Of a stretch of DNA of 64,000 nt, positions 15,081 through 29,511 are shown piece after piece. The stretch is from Mizuhopecten yessoensis. Taxonomy: Eukaryota. Made by a program: the position numbers and the translations under genes. The DNA lies in assembly GCF_002113885.1 (NCBI RefSeq), contig NW_018408013.1:859690-923689 (forward strand). The letters are read 5' to 3'. Position 1 is the first letter of the stretch. Each line of letters opens with the position of its first letter. The notes under the pieces were generated by a model. The model was not told the origin of the DNA, did no database searches, and saw only the letters and a program-made list of their open reading frames with translations.

Positions 15081-15285
15081 GGGCCACAGTGGCCAAATGG
15101 TTAAGGCATCTAACATTCTGTTACCATTAGCCCTCCACCACTGGGTCGCGGGTTCGAGACCTACGTGGGGCAGTCACCAGGTACTGGCTTTAATCGGTAG
15201 TTTTTCTCCGGGAACTCCGGTTTTCCTCCACCACCATAACCTGGCACGTCCTTAATTGACCATAGACGTGAAACACACAAAAAAA
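15081..15285 (+). mobile_element. tRNA-derived V-domain SINE in paralogue B intron 5
   Basis: A box tggccaaatgg, B box ggttcgagacc, V-like domain ttttctccgggaactccggttttcctccacc; a similar copy lies at 60191-60479. Confidence 0.75.
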
Positions 15286-17282
15286 TGAAACCAGATCAAG
15301 ACGATAATGATAACAAATTCACTTCTGACTATCGTAGTATTATGAAGTTATTTTGTGATATATTTGATAGAATAATAGGGTAATATCCCTTAATTCTTTT
15401 TAAACAATAACAAACATCACAATATCACGTTGTTTGTTGATATAAAATAAGTGTCTACTATAAACTGTGTGTTATGGTTTGTGTCTGTCCTAGTGCGGCT
15501 GCTCTCCCCTTCACGATGGACAACCTGATAAAGAAGAGTAAGGTCAACAGCCGTGTTGTCAATTTCATTGCTCCGATAGGGGCAACCATCAACATGGACG
15601 GTACTGCGCTGTATATTCCGATGATGGCTGTTTTTATTTCCCATCGTATTGGATTGGTTTTGGAACCTGCACGCTATGTTGTGATCGGGTAAGTCCATAA
15701 GTTCTGCTGTCAAGGTCGAATAATATCTTAATTTTTGAATGACAAATATAAGTGGCTGAGAAAATTTGCAACTCTTTATATGTGCTGGTGTCATTAATGT
15801 TTACACCGACATAGGACATAAATCCAAGAATAAAACTTGGTGTTTTTAAGTATGACCTGCCTAAAGTATACAGACAATTGATTTGTTAAATCTGTATAGG
15901 TTACAGATAATGCACTTAGTGAGATATACATTTTCATAAAATTGTTTGATACTCACATTTAAGGAGTGAACTTGATACTTAAGGTACGTTTCGAGGTGTT
16001 GAGAATCAATACGCCGAATTTGCCATTCCGGATGGTTATTTCTATAACCTGAATGATAATTTCGCTAGCGTATTGTTGGATTTATAATGCAAACAATTTG
16101 TAAAAAATCAAAATCGTACACATTCTCTTTTCACCATTTTCCTGCATTGCATTTGGTTTGATGAATTAGAAAATGTTTTAATGTCCAGAAATCGCTAATG
16201 CACATACAATGTTGTGTTACAAAATATCTTGATTGATTAATCATAACTCAAATATAATAGACACCTCTGCTCGAAACATTATACTAGTAGTCAACTTTAA
16301 GTAATGTCTGTTACTTCTTAGTTAGTTTTTTATGGTTGACAGAATAGGACAAGATATGTCACCCATAAACCACGAGGAGCGAATTTTATTTGCAGAAATC
16401 TGTGAGTCCATATGATCTGGATCCCTAAGTTGAAAAGCAATTTCGGTAGTCATGTGTTTCATGTACTTTTCTTGATCCTTCGACATAGTGTTAATTATAT
16501 AAGAACATAAAATCAATAATTCACAGGCAAATCATTGAGAAAAGACCTATCTTTAGGAAGGGAACGTATGTGTATGTTACAGTTTTAAGCAATCAATATG
16601 TCAGAAGTTAAGTCACAATTTGTCAAAAAGGTTAAATGAAGATTACACTTTCACAGTTCGGTTGTGAAATGAAATAAACAAAGTGCGCATTGATTTGTTA
16701 TTTAACAAAAACCGAGTTTAACATTAAAACCTTGATTCATCTTAACTTTAACGTTGCTACATGCGTAGAAAAGAAATTTAAATGCTTTTTTTGGTTTAAC
16801 AAATCGTAAACAGGACGGTGTAGTTATACCAGCGATTGATAGAATCTGTATGAATACATTAATTAAGCAACATGATACTTATTTGTTTACCGACAAAGAT
16901 CACATTGCTAACTATAGCCCTGAACTCGGGTTATGGGATTGGTAGGTCTATGGTGATAGCTTGAATTATAGCTTTCAAAACCGTAAGTAAGTAACAGGAG
17001 CATAACCTTGAAACACACAAAACTGTCCCCATATTTGTCATATCTTATGCTAGAATATCAGCCATAGGAGTATCCTTATGGGCAGCAGCCATTCCAGGCA
17101 CGGATGGTCGTGACCGTGGCGGCCATGGCGGTAGGACTTCCTGTAGAACAAGTCCTCCTCACTGCTCCGTTTGATTGGATTTTGTAAGTAATGTAATTTT
17201 GCTTCATAATTTATATATGTTTCCTTTGTATTTCAATAACGATTTGTTAAGAAAGTACATCTACTCCTGTTTACGTATGTAG

Positions 17283-17486
17283 TGTCTGTCTCATCAACTG
17301 ACATGTTTACATATGTCTGTCTCATCAACTGACATGTTTACATATGTCTCATCAACTGACATGTTTACATATGTCTGTCTCTTCAACTGACATGTTTACA
17401 AATGTCTGTCTCATCAACTGACATGTTTCCATATGTCTGTCTCTCAACTGACTTGTTTAAATATGTCTCTCTGATCAACTGACATG
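17283..17486. repeat. 31-bp minisatellite, about 7 copies
   Basis: Unit tgtctgtctcatcaactgacatgtttacata. Confidence 0.9.
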
Positions 17487-20309
17487 CACATTCTCCATTT
17501 TGGGGATATCATTAACGATGGACATTTTTTCTTCATTAAAGCCATTGTGTACGGTGAAATGGAATTTAATTGCATTACAAATATCGAGAGTGAAAAGGTA
17601 GGGAAAGGGCTGTCTAACAACATAACACATAAATAACGCAAAACAATTAACAGTCACGGGACGAAAAGGTCAAAGAACAGTTTAAAAACAAGCTTAACAG
17701 TGAAATACATACTTTGGAAATGATAAAACATAACAAACTTTTTCATGATTAGCAGTTTGTATGAACTATTTACAAAGAACAAAAAGGTATCACAAGCCCT
17801 GCCTCGAGCACGCATACACACAAGCCCTGCCTTGGGCACGCAGGCACACAAACCCTGCCTCGGGCACGCACGCACGCACACACACAAGCACGCATAAATT
17901 GCACACATGGAGGCACGTCCGTCAATGTCCTTAATAGGATGCTAAACAAAATAACACCAAACCATGTATCCTAAGGACGACGAACATATAAAGTAATGAA
18001 CATAGAATATAACTATGCCATATTCGGATGAAACACACCTCGAGATGGAACTCTTCAGCACCTTTCACAATATATGAGTAAACTTCAACGTTAGACTCGT
18101 AATGGCCTTTTTGTGTGTACCAGGTATTCGAAACATTGTACAAGTGGACGTAACGTTGAGTCAGCGTGGAGGGTGGGGGGAAACGTCACGGTGGAAAGTG
18201 GTGATCGTTTGCCCGCACGTGACGTGCAAAGTAGACAATTGTGATAGCATAGGAATATAACTACAGCAATCTAAGTATGTGATTCGGGAGTCGTAGTTCC
18301 TGAAGGAAAAAGACTCTCGCTTCCTTCTTAATTGTCGCGTGTGCACAACACAAAGGAAACTGCTTCATTATATTAAGATATTACGTTGAATATATGTTTG
18401 TAAAATATGAAGCGCAGATATAAATATTTAATCTCCGATCTTTATAATAAAGTTTGATGGGAATAAAAACAAAGGTTTATCGAATTTAAATAATAAAATC
18501 TTTTACGTTAATCGTGAATCCAACATATGCTAACAAAGTGGTTTTGTTTATGTTGAGAACTTACATACCGTGCCCTATTATCATAATGTTACATGTTTTT
18601 ATTCACTGGCATGTTACAAACTAAGAAAGTGTCCATAAACTTCACTCTCTTTCATGGTTTCCGTACCATATTACACTATGGCACATACAAATATAATTCC
18701 ATCTGTTTTGTGTTGAAAGTCACCACACTGTGACATATTTAGGAAAGTGAAGAATTTAATCAATTGATTTTGTCAAACATTGAATGACTCAATATAATAG
18801 ATTTAGCTAAAATAGAATTTAAAGACTTTGCCAAGATTATTTGCACTCAAACGGTGGAAGAGGTGTTAGTGAGTGTAAGGGAGGACAACTCTGGGTAGAG
18901 ATTGCCAGTTCTCTATATCGCTATGAGATGTATCTCCCTTCCCGTATCATAACTTTCAACATGTTAATATAGTAATATCCATAATTGATAAAGCTGTGAT
19001 ATTCATACCACGGAAGAGAAATTATATAGGCCGTTAACCTTTGAGTAAGCAATCCTTCTTATATAATAAAACTTACGCAGGTCCAGGGAAATAGCAAGTT
19101 GGCTTTATCCGACTGCATGATTGTAAGATGCAAGTAATTCGGTGGCCATGCAGAATGAGGGGTGGTTTCTTCCTTGTTTTCTGTTCAGGGAGCTTTGAAG
19201 TAACTAAGAATGTGTATCGCAAAAGGCGACTAATATGGCCCTCCTGCATAATCGCAAATTTCCTCTGTTTTAAACAAAATATTTCAAATTCTGTATTGCA
19301 ATTTATCTGAGTGGTCCTTGTGCCTTTTAAACCCGTTATATTGTTTCAAATTTACACCTTAGATATCTATTAGATAGCGGTTGTCTTAACTGATATAGAT
19401 GTAAACACCATTCTAGAACAAAATATAGCCAATCACTATAAAAAAATACTGTATCTTCATTTTTTCTTTTTTTATCAAAAAGGCACGTGATGACTGCTTT
19501 TCATTTTATTACGTTGTCTTTGTACTTTTTTTAAGTTATGCATGTCTACAAAAATAAAAATAACGGGGTTTTTTGAGCGAAAAAAAATCATGTACGATGT
19601 AAAAGCGTCCTAATAACATGGGAATGTTGATGGCTTTCAACGAATGATAAAGTATCTGTATAAATATATAAAGGATGCTTATTTTTTGTTGTCCAAACAT
19701 TGAACCTTTTTCTTTATGCAATGAACGATTTCGGGTAATGATCAACGTTTCGGGAGATTCTTTTGGAGCCGGCATCGTCGACCATTTGAGTTCTTCCATG
19801 CTGACAAATGACAAACCAGAAGTGAAGAGTACATCATCAGAATGTCCTGGAGATGCCGAGGAGGAACACACTTTTGTTTGATATGGACATGTTTTCTTCA
19901 AAGACTTGGCGTAAGATTAAAAAAAAAAAAGTTCCATGAGAGAGGTTTATCACATGTCAACTTGTGGCGTGATTCTACCTATGGATGCTTGGGTGAATAT
20001 TTCAAGTATCGGTACAGTAAAATATATACAGATGTAATAATTGTATTTGGCATCTCGCAATGTTGAAAGTAAATTACAAGTATCATTATATTGTGTTATT
20101 CATGTAATAGGTTACCGTTTCACAGATCGTCCTGTTATGATACCCCTTTATCATTCATAGCACATGTTTTCTTTTAATAAACAATGAGAACAAATACGAC
20201 GTGTAAACAAAACCATAATTCGAACTAAAAATTGATTAAACTAGGACGAATTATGAAAAAAATGATATGGAGACCCTTGAAAAATAACAGAGATAATTAG
20301 ACTATGTGT

Positions 20310-21030
20310 TTTGAAGGGTTAGTGTCGTCCGAAAACTCAGGTAGTGATAACAAAAATACCTCAATGATCAGAATAGCTTTAAATTTTGCTCAGGAAGCTG
20401 GAATATTATTTAGCTTGGCTTTGGAATGCTTGCAATTTCTATGTCTAATTTTGAGTCTGATATCATTAGTCATTCAATCATTAGGTCTTATAGTTACTGT
20501 TTTATGTGGCACGAATAGGTCTATAGCAGTCCAGAATTATATCAGTTAAAAGAGAGTTCATATTTTCAATAACAATAACAAATTCAGAGAGACACTAGCG
20601 ATGGCCAAACATTATTTACATTAAATTTGAGGATCCGTAAACAAACAAATGTGTAATTCCAATATCAAGTAGAATGAAATGACCCGCCGCCTCCCTTACC
20701 CCAGACCATATACGGATTATGCAATAGAGCTAACGATTTCCCTTTATAATAAACTTGGCGTTACCTGTTGAGAGTAGAACAATCCTACATAACTTTCACG
20801 AACTCGGGGGTCAGTGACTCGGAAGTGATTGGATGGTTCAGATTATTAATATTATAAAGGTTATTGAAGTAGAAATATAAAGTCATATAACCATTAAATT
20901 TTAATATTAAAAATAATAAATTGATAGCATAAAAATAGGATAAAGAAATAAACTATAGTAGGTACTGTAAACATAGTATAGTTCATCAGGTTCAGTAGAT
21001 AAAAGAAACTACCATTGATGCAAAATAACA
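20310..21030 (-). mobile_element. Older, internally deleted copy of the same LINE family
   Basis: 20366-20570 aligns with 30640-30850, then jumps to attcagagagacact (= 31708-31722) and continues into sequence absent from the young copy. Outer limits are approximate. Confidence 0.75.
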
Positions 21031-22255
21031 AAAAAAAAACACATCAAACACTAATTCACTAGCCCTGCTTTTTGTATAGGGCTGTAAATATAACTCCCTT
21101 TTTACTAATAAAACCTTGCGGCATATATATGAATGTATGAATTCTTTAGACAGACAGACGGACAGTTGACGTGAATTTTTATAGAATATACCTACTATAA
21201 ATGACTTATTAAGAATAGCGAAAATACATTCACCACACTGAAAAATAGCTTTGTTGACATTGAGTAGGATGACCTCATCCGTGACCTCAGATTAACATGT
21301 TTTCTTAGTACATGCAGTCATACGTGCAACACCTCAAGGTAAAGTTGGACAGTTATTCGTTATGCGTTATTCGAAAAACAAATATCTTTCTAACTTTACT
21401 TTCCGGAAAGGGGGGGGGGGGAACACTTACAGGACAGCAAGGGTCCTGCTGTTTGACTGAATATATTACCCCTATTTAAGAACATAGAAAAGAAAAATCA
21501 GCATAGACCATGCATCTTGAGAAATAGATAATGCATCTTGGGCTTTGAGAAATAGATAATGGCGTTCTTTACATAAGAACAGGAGATATAGCTATATTTA
21601 TCTATGCCACCTGTGATTTCAAATCTTTAAAACCAGTTAAGCAATTGCATTATTGTAAGTTAAACATTAAGAAAAATTCATGATTGTTTGGTATTCTATC
21701 TGAAAAATGATCTGGTGTCCACTGTTTACCAAATTCTTGCCTTTTGAGGGTAATACAATGTACTTTTGACAGTTAAGCCCCACTGTTCTTCTTTTAGTGA
21801 CAGCGACCTTGACTTTGACCTGAATAAATTGTGAAACCTCCTTTGCACATCTACATACCACAGTGTATCACCATGTGAAGTGTTTGAAATATCGGCCTTT
21901 TGGAGTCCGAGATAATCTCCGGATATGAAAGTGCTGACGAATAGACAGACTGACGGGCAACGTAATTACCATTGGGCATCTTTGATGCCGGTCCCTAATG
22001 CAAGAAGGTTTGTAGAAGTTCATATTGACAATTGTTTGTCAAAAGTGTGAAAAACATCAACACCCTCTGTTTATACAAACATGAGTCCCCTTTGTCTAAA
22101 GATGCTCTGGAACAAAATTGGTTAAAATCCTTTAATTATTACAAAAGGAGAAACAGTTTCCTTCTCCTCCAAAACTATGTGGCCAAATTCACCGGAAGTG
22201 CTCAGATATGATAACTTCCCCCTGTTGTTGTGCATACAAGTATTTTTTCAACCCC

Positions 22256-22836
22256 TTTTTGTGTCGCCTGCGAAAAGCTGGTGACACAAAGGTATTGCTA
22301 TGTCGGCGTCGGCTAACTTGAGTTTCCTTGGGCCGATCAAACTCAAACTTCATGCAGAGCTTCCTTACCAAAAGTGCTTGCTTGGGATTGCTTTTCAGGT
22401 CCGAAGGTCAAAGGTCAAGGTCACTGTTACTATCAATAGAAACCTCACTAAAACTGTATACTGGACGGCTTCGATCTACCACTTGACCCATCGTGTATAC
22501 CTCTGAAATGCCGTCTTACTCCAAATGTTATTGACAACACTAGCTGTGTAACACCATAATCCAAGTTTATTCATTTATTTATGGGAAACCATCCGACAAA
22601 TCATACAAATTAAACTTGGAATTGAGACAATGAGTATCCATAGCAAGTTCCTTAAAACTCAGAGTATTCTTCCCAGAATAACAGATTATATAACAAAATG
22701 ATGCCATCCAAAAACATAATCTATGATTATTGCTTACTTTTAACTTTATTTCTTGAAATGAAAAGTGTATCTATTTCTTCGTAATCTCCCAGCTTCCTGC
22801 GCAGGCGACACATCCACTTCCGTGGAATTCTTGTTT
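22256..22836 (+). mobile_element. Non-autonomous Helentron/HINE-like element
   Basis: T-run then subterminal IR gtgtcgcctgcg (22261-22272), paired with cgcaggcgacac (22800-22811); 3' mini-hairpin ttccgtggaa; internal ggtcaaaggtcaaggtcac core. Related satellite-bearing pieces at ~21420-22240 and ~22840-23330. Confidence 0.65.
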
Positions 22837-24096
22837 AATGAGTAATGACCCTTTTTTGAAAATACTTGTCCTAAAAATGTCTCCTAATCTACTGTGCCAA
22901 TTTCAATGTAAGTTTTCAGATATGGTAATTCCCCCTGACGTTGTGCATCTAAGTAGTACTTTTTCATTCTTACCTTTTAAGAGGAGTTATGGCCCTTTGT
23001 TGAAAAAAATCTTTGTTTGCATTCTAAACTACTACATCGATTTCAATGAAAGTTTACAGTTATGGTAATTACCCCTTGATGTCGCACATCAGAATATTAT
23101 TCTTTTCGTTTCTATCCTTTTTAAGGAGTTGTGGCCCTTTGTTTAAAATCTTTGTCCTGACAACTCTTCCTTAACTACCAGGACGATTTCAGCAAAACTG
23201 GTTCATCTGGGCTAACAACATTGGTTTTGGCATTGGGAGGGAGTACAGGAAGTATGTCACAGTCAGTGACCTACATAATTCAATGAGAAATCATTACTGG
23301 TGGGAGTCTATGGATTGCTTTGCAATGCTTTGCCTTTTTTAGCCTTTAGCTTACAGTTTTGGTTTATATAGAAGCGCGGGTATAAGATAGTCTTTGGCTT
23401 ACAGTTCTCGTTTTTACAATAATGATAACACTCTATCTCAGAATTTATATGACAATTTCATGACTGCAGACTTCTTGTTGAACGAATTTTCAGGTCGCCA
23501 TCATAATCTGAATGTAAATTACCTTATTTTTGTGTAATATGAGATGTTTGAACATCAGTGCGTCATGTGATTCCGTTGACACTACCCCATGTCTCTATTT
23601 GAGTACATGACATTACTTAAGTTTGACTCAGATTTACATAACGGGTTTCATTGAAAAATAAACAAGATTAATTTTAGGCTGTTATCTCGAGGAGAATACA
23701 AACCAAGTGTACGATATCATGCCATTTGCAGAAGAAAAGACTATATCTGACACGAACTCAGTAATATATTTTGAAAATACTTCAGACTTAGTGTCATGTA
23801 TGTTTATAATTCTTCAACATTTTAACAATTGAAACGATATAAAATAACAAAATATGGCTCCTTTTATGTTCAATGCATTATCAACATAAGGTAGAAGCCC
23901 ATATTTTAACATTAAAAGAGGTTGTAGTTATGAGTATTTCAGTACTTTTGACTAATGTAGTACATATTCAATTAAGAAATAAAAACCCAAGTATGCACAA
24001 AACAGTTCGTCGAACTAAAAAGTTGACGAAATTAGGGCAAATCCTATTTAAATCATTACTTGGAGAACCATTACACTGTACATAGAGAAAAGACCA

Positions 24097-24339
24097 GGGC
24101 CCCTATTCACGAAACCGTTCTCGTGCTCAAGCATGGATTGTGTAACTCACGTGAATCATGTCAAACGATCAAAAAGTCAAATGTAAACATTGAAAACAAT
24201 ATTGGGTTTAAGTCTCTTCAAAAGTTTTCAAGTCATTTACAAAATAAGATTCCATTGTTAATGTATAACTGGAGCAAAATAATAGGTTTGAGCACAACTG
24301 CATGCTCGAGCATCAGAACGGTATCATGAATACGGGCCG
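24097..24339. mobile_element. MITE with GGCCC-type termini (PIF/Harbinger-like); inverted, deleted copy at 42759-42917
   Basis: Imperfect ~35-bp TIRs ggcccctattcacgaaaccgttct / agaacggtatcatgaatacgggcc. Internal aatcatgtcaaac..aaaaagtcaaatgtaaacat is reverse-complemented in the second copy. Confidence 0.7.
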
Positions 24340-25429
24340 AGGTGTTTAAAGACATAAAACATCTTCTGCTTCAATGACCAACTCACTCTATAAATCTATG
24401 TTAAATATAAATAAGGTTAGGTAATAACGGAACCGACACCACAAATGCGCTTATAAGCATGATCAAAAGCATGTCCGATATTCAACAATCACACTGAAAT
24501 CCTGACGGCAAATAAAAATTTCGCTTGTCCTCTTCAACTTGCTTTTCTCGAGATCATATGTTGATCCGCCAGCTTCCAACATCTAAAAAAGGAAATCCTG
24601 ATAATCGGAGCAAGTCCGTGCAAATCGAATCAACTACGACATGTAAACGCCCTAAGTAGTAGAAGCAGGGATTAAACTTGTTTAAAAGGAGAAAGTTCAT
24701 GATCGAAATCTCCAGACTCATCACACAGCTTAGTGTTAAACAGATCATGTTGTTTATGTTAACAGTCAAAATAAAGTGTTATTAATTCTGTTTGTCTGGC
24801 ACACCTGAAAACATTGAGTACAATATTGAATTTAACAATTAGGATATTGTTTCGTTTAAAGTTTTAAATGTACCATAACTTATTTTTAACTATATATGAC
24901 AACAGAGACAGATCATACTCGTACCAATGTGTTTTTATGGATACTTAGCAGGTTAGGGAGTATCAGTCTTTTAACAACATACCAGGACTTAAAAAAAACT
25001 AACTATTAAGAGTGGTTATATTTTCTGAGTTACAGTTTAAGCCAACAACTGTAATGTCCTCTTGAAGTACTTACATGTGTACATAGGCTGATGACTGTCA
25101 CCAGCTGAGTACGAACAATACCTGTCGCTCGTTCACCTGTTTTGTTTGTCCATGCCTCAACTGTCTTACCAGCTAATTCGTCAACCACAACAAGCATCGT
25201 GCACAATGAGTTCGACCTTGACCTTTCTTTGTCTTATCGTTTTTGTATCGGTACGTTTGCTATCAAATGGTAAAAAAAAATACTTTATTTAATAACATTT
25301 GTTTTGTGAACGCTATATAAACTGAAATTTGTTTTAATTTTGCCAATTTTAATTTGAACATACTCTTTCTTTATAAAAAGTAGGTGTAATACTCTAGTAT
25401 CTCAATTCTTGGGAAGATATTTTTCCTGA

Positions 25430-25720
25430 AAGATATAGCGTGTATAAAATACTAAGGATGAAATTGTGATAATGATGGAGTTCCTGGTTGACACAATATT
25501 TATGTATTTGAGTGGCAGGATTTTCAGAAGAACTGTGCCCTTTTTATGGCCGACTTGTTTTTGCTTTTATACGACGCTAGATTTATAAATGAGCTTAACA
25601 GGACTTGTAGCAAAACCCTAGCCAAGTCCTTCGCTTTCACATATCAGTAATATTAATTATGTGACCAAGTCAATTGTACACACCCTCATGAGCTTGAAAT
25701 GACCTAAAAGACTAACAGGT
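25430..25720 (+). mobile_element. Penelope-like retroelement RT relic
   Basis: MMEFLVD, NCA.FMADLFLLLYDARF, LAKSFAFTY resemble the PLE RT signature NCAPLLADLFLYSYE...LAKSFNFTFRYIDD. A second probable piece lies near 38985-39060 (YLDL...RLYDK). Confidence 0.65.
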
Positions 25721-26754
25721 ACGGCTTACTGCTACGTTGTATATAGTATGGCACTTATGTTAAAGCAGTCTTCTAAAATAACGAAAACAATATATAAACT
25801 CGGCCAACTTCATAGTGCAGGGAAACATTAAGTAAAGTAAACAAGTAAAGTGACCGATGAACAAATGAAAGTGTCAATTGTACGGTTTCAAATTATGAAT
25901 ATTGTTAATAACTAATTATCCCATAAATGTCTTTAAAGTTTAGACATGATGCTTTCTTTGGACCCCGATACTGTTACTCAAGAAATGTTATAACTGATTT
26001 CTGACTTTAAAAAATAAGGATATCTATACATCGGTTTTTCACTTTTGCCCCTCTAATTAATGAGTTAATACATAATAGGTTTTCAAGACAGGTTCAAAAT
26101 TTGTGGCCATTTTACGTTTGCGTGATTAAAGCTATTTTATGAATGAAAGTTATTAAATTATTATTCAAAACATCACGCTGATTGTGTAAATTGACAAATC
26201 AAGCAAGTATCAAAACATATGACTACAATATGTTATGTCATTTAATTAGCGCGTGATTTGTGACATTGTTTACTCCAGAAGTGGAACTATGGGAAAGAGT
26301 CATGAGCATCTTCTACTCGTCAGGTTTCTAGGGATTCGAAACTGCTACACAAATAATTAACTCGTATGAAACGAGATGCATTCATGAAATTCTGTATCCG
26401 TTTACGGAATATTTACATGACGTCTTTCGCTCGTTTTGTAAAACGTGTTTAATTTTCAAATTAATAAATCTTTTTTTGCACTGTTAGGTTTGAATTGTTA
26501 CTGAACTTTGCATGATCAAAGAAGAGCATGTTTTGCTATAGAATACAAACTGATTGTAGATTGACGGCTGTCGGTACATCCATCGGAGCAGCCTGAATAC
26601 CTAGCGGTATGGTGGTAATGTCCCTTGCTGTGATGGCCGCAGGGCTTCCCTTAGAGCAGTTACTTGTTCTAGCGCCAATTGAATGGGTATTGTAAGTCAT
26701 ATTTACTTTATCATATGACTGTCTATGTGTTAATTACAAATAAAAGAATATTTA

Positions 26755-29511
26755 TCCACAGCGTCAAAACAAGAACATTTGTGAATAAGATTAACTACAG
26801 CGTCAAAATACAGTATGAGCAACAACAAAATATACCACAGCATCAATATACGAGAACAAAATACAGCACAATGTCAACATACATTGCTTTTCAATGTCAA
26901 ACTATACTACAGCGTAAAAAGCACAACGATAAATAAATATCACAGCGTCATCACACAGGGACAAACTTTACCACAGCGTGAAAACACAACGATAAATAGA
27001 TATTACAGCGTCGTCACACTAGGACAAAATATACCACAGCGTGAAAACAACAATAAATAGATATCACAGCGTCATCACACAAGGTCAAACTTTACCACAG
27101 CGTGAAAACACAAAGATAAATAGATATTACAGCGTCATCACACAAGGACAAAATATACCACAGCGTGAAAACAACAATAAATAGATATCACAGCGTCATC
27201 ACACAAGGACAAACTTTACCACAGCGTGAAAATACAAAGATAAATAGATATTACAGCGTCGTCACACTAGGACAAAATATACCACAGCGTGAAAACACGA
27301 CGATAAATAAATATCAAAACGTCATCAAACAAGGACAAACTATACCACAGCGTGAAAACACAATGATAAATAGATATCATAGTCATCACACAAGGACAAC
27401 ATATACCACAGCGTGACAACACAATGAAACATAGATATCACAGCGTCATCACACAAGGACAAAATATACCACAGCGTGAAAACACAATGATAAATAGATA
27501 TCACAGCGTCATCACACAAGGACAAACTATACCACAGCGTGAAAACACAATGCTAAATAGATATCACAGTCATCACACAAGGACAACATATACCACAGCT
27601 TGACAACACAACGATAAATAGATATCACAGCGTCATCACACAAGGACAACATATACCACAGCGTGACAACACAACGATAAATAGATATCACAGCGTCATC
27701 ACGCAAGGACAAACTTTACCACAGCGTGACAACACAACGATAAATAAATATCACAGTCATCACACAAGGACAACATATCCCACAGCTTGACAACACAACG
27801 ATAAATAGATATCACAGCGTCATCCTCACAAGGACAAACTTTACCACAGCGTGACAACACCATGATAAATAGATATCACAGCGTCATCACACAAGGACAT
27901 CATATACCACTGCGTGACAACACAACGACAAATAGATATCACAGCGTCATCCTCACAAGGACAAACTTTACCACAGCGTGACAACACCATGATAAATAGA
28001 TATCACAGCGTCATCACACAAGGACAACATATCCCACAGCGTGACAACACAACGATAAATAGATATAACAGCGTCATCACACAAGGACAAACTTTACCAC
28101 ACCGTGCAAACACAACGATAAATAAATATCACAGCGTCATCCCGCAAGGACAAACTTTACCACAGCGTGACAACACAATGATAAATAGATATCACAGCGT
28201 CATCACACAAGGACAAAATATACCACAGCGTAAAAACACGACGATAAATAAATATCAAAACGTCAGCACACAAGGCCAAACTATACCACAGCGTAAAAAC
28301 ACAACGATAAATAGATAGCACAGCGTCATCACACAAGGACAAACTTTACCACAGCGTGACAACACAATGATAAATAAATATCACAGTCATCACACAAGGA
28401 CAACATATACCACAGCTTAAAAACACGACGATAAAGAGATATCACAGCGCCACCACACAAGGACAAACTGTACCACAGCGTGAAAACACAACGATAAATA
28501 GATATCACAGCGTCATCACACAAGGACAAAATATACCACAGCGTGAAAACACGACGATAAATAAATATCACAGCGTCATCACACAGGGACAAACCTTACC
28601 AAACCGTGCAAACACAACGATAAATAAATATCACAGCGTCATCACACAAGGCCAAACTATACCACAGCGTAAAAACACAACGATAAATAAATATCACAGC
28701 GTCATCACACAAGGACAAACTATACCACAGCGTAAAAACACAACGATAAATAGATAGCACAGCGTCATCACACAAGGACAAACTTTACCACAGCGTGACA
28801 ACACAATGATAAATAAATATCACAGTCATCACACAAGGACAACATATACCACAGCGTGAAAACACAACGATAAATAAATATCACAGCGTCATCCCACAAA
28901 GATAAACTATACCACAACGTAAAAACACAATCATGAATTAATATCACAGCGTCATCCCACAAGGACATAGTATTCCACAACGTAAAAACACAACGATAAA
29001 TAGATATCACAGCGTCATAACACAAGGTCAAACTTTACCATAGCGTGAAAACACAATCATAAATTAATATCACAACGTCATCCCACAAGGACAAAGTATT
29101 CCACAACGTAAAAACACAATGATAAGTAGATATCACAACGTCATCTCACAAGGACAAACTTCACCACAGCGTGAAAACACAACGATAAATAGATATCACA
29201 GCGACATAACACAAGAACAAAGTATTCCACAACGTGGAAACACAATACATGGACAAACTATACCACAGCGTGAAAACACAACGATAAATAGATATCACAG
29301 CGACATAACACAAGAACAAAGTATTCCACAACGTGGAAACACAATGATAAATAGATATCACAACGTTATCACGCAAGGACAAACTATACCACAGTGTGAA
29401 AACACAATGATAAATAAATATCACAGTCATCACACAAGGACAAATTATACCACAGCGTGAAAACACAATGATAAATAGATATCACAGCGTCATCACACAA
29501 GGACAAACTAT
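26755..29511. repeat. 63-bp minisatellite, about 40 copies, in the intron of relic D
   Basis: Unit ataccacagcgtgaaaacacaacgataaatagatatcacagcgtcatcacacaaggacaaact; the left edge is degenerate. Confidence 0.95.

Larger units (their letters stand above)
11543..19881 (+). pseudogene. SLC1A/EAAT-family paralogue B, full exon set but disabled
   Basis: Exons 11543-11983, 12563-12605, 12762-12861, 13585-13756, 14718-14951, 15494-15688, 17054-17183, 19722-19881. Motifs AFGSTSSAAALP, NMDGTALY, GLP, DW, ERFR..INVSGD. Lesions: extra A in the A7 run 11692-11698, 5-nt deletion in exon 7 (130 vs 135 nt in C), and last-exon acceptor AA instead of AG (19720-19721). Confidence 0.8.

Noticed and set aside
25206-25250. 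Signal-peptide-like mini-exon MSSTLTFLCLIVFVS followed by GT
   Set aside because: No compatible downstream exon was found, and it is too short to support.
26594-26596. In-frame TGA in relic D as selenocysteine or readthrough
   Set aside because: The position is G/A/S in SLC1 proteins (a single-base change from GGA or TCA), and the downstream exon is frameshifted, so simple decay explains it.
26815-29466. Repetitive ORFs (QGQTLPQRENTTINRYHSVIT / SLCDDAVISIY)
   Set aside because: They are by-products of a 63-bp (3n) satellite, are broken by 2-nt indels, and show no splice or start context.
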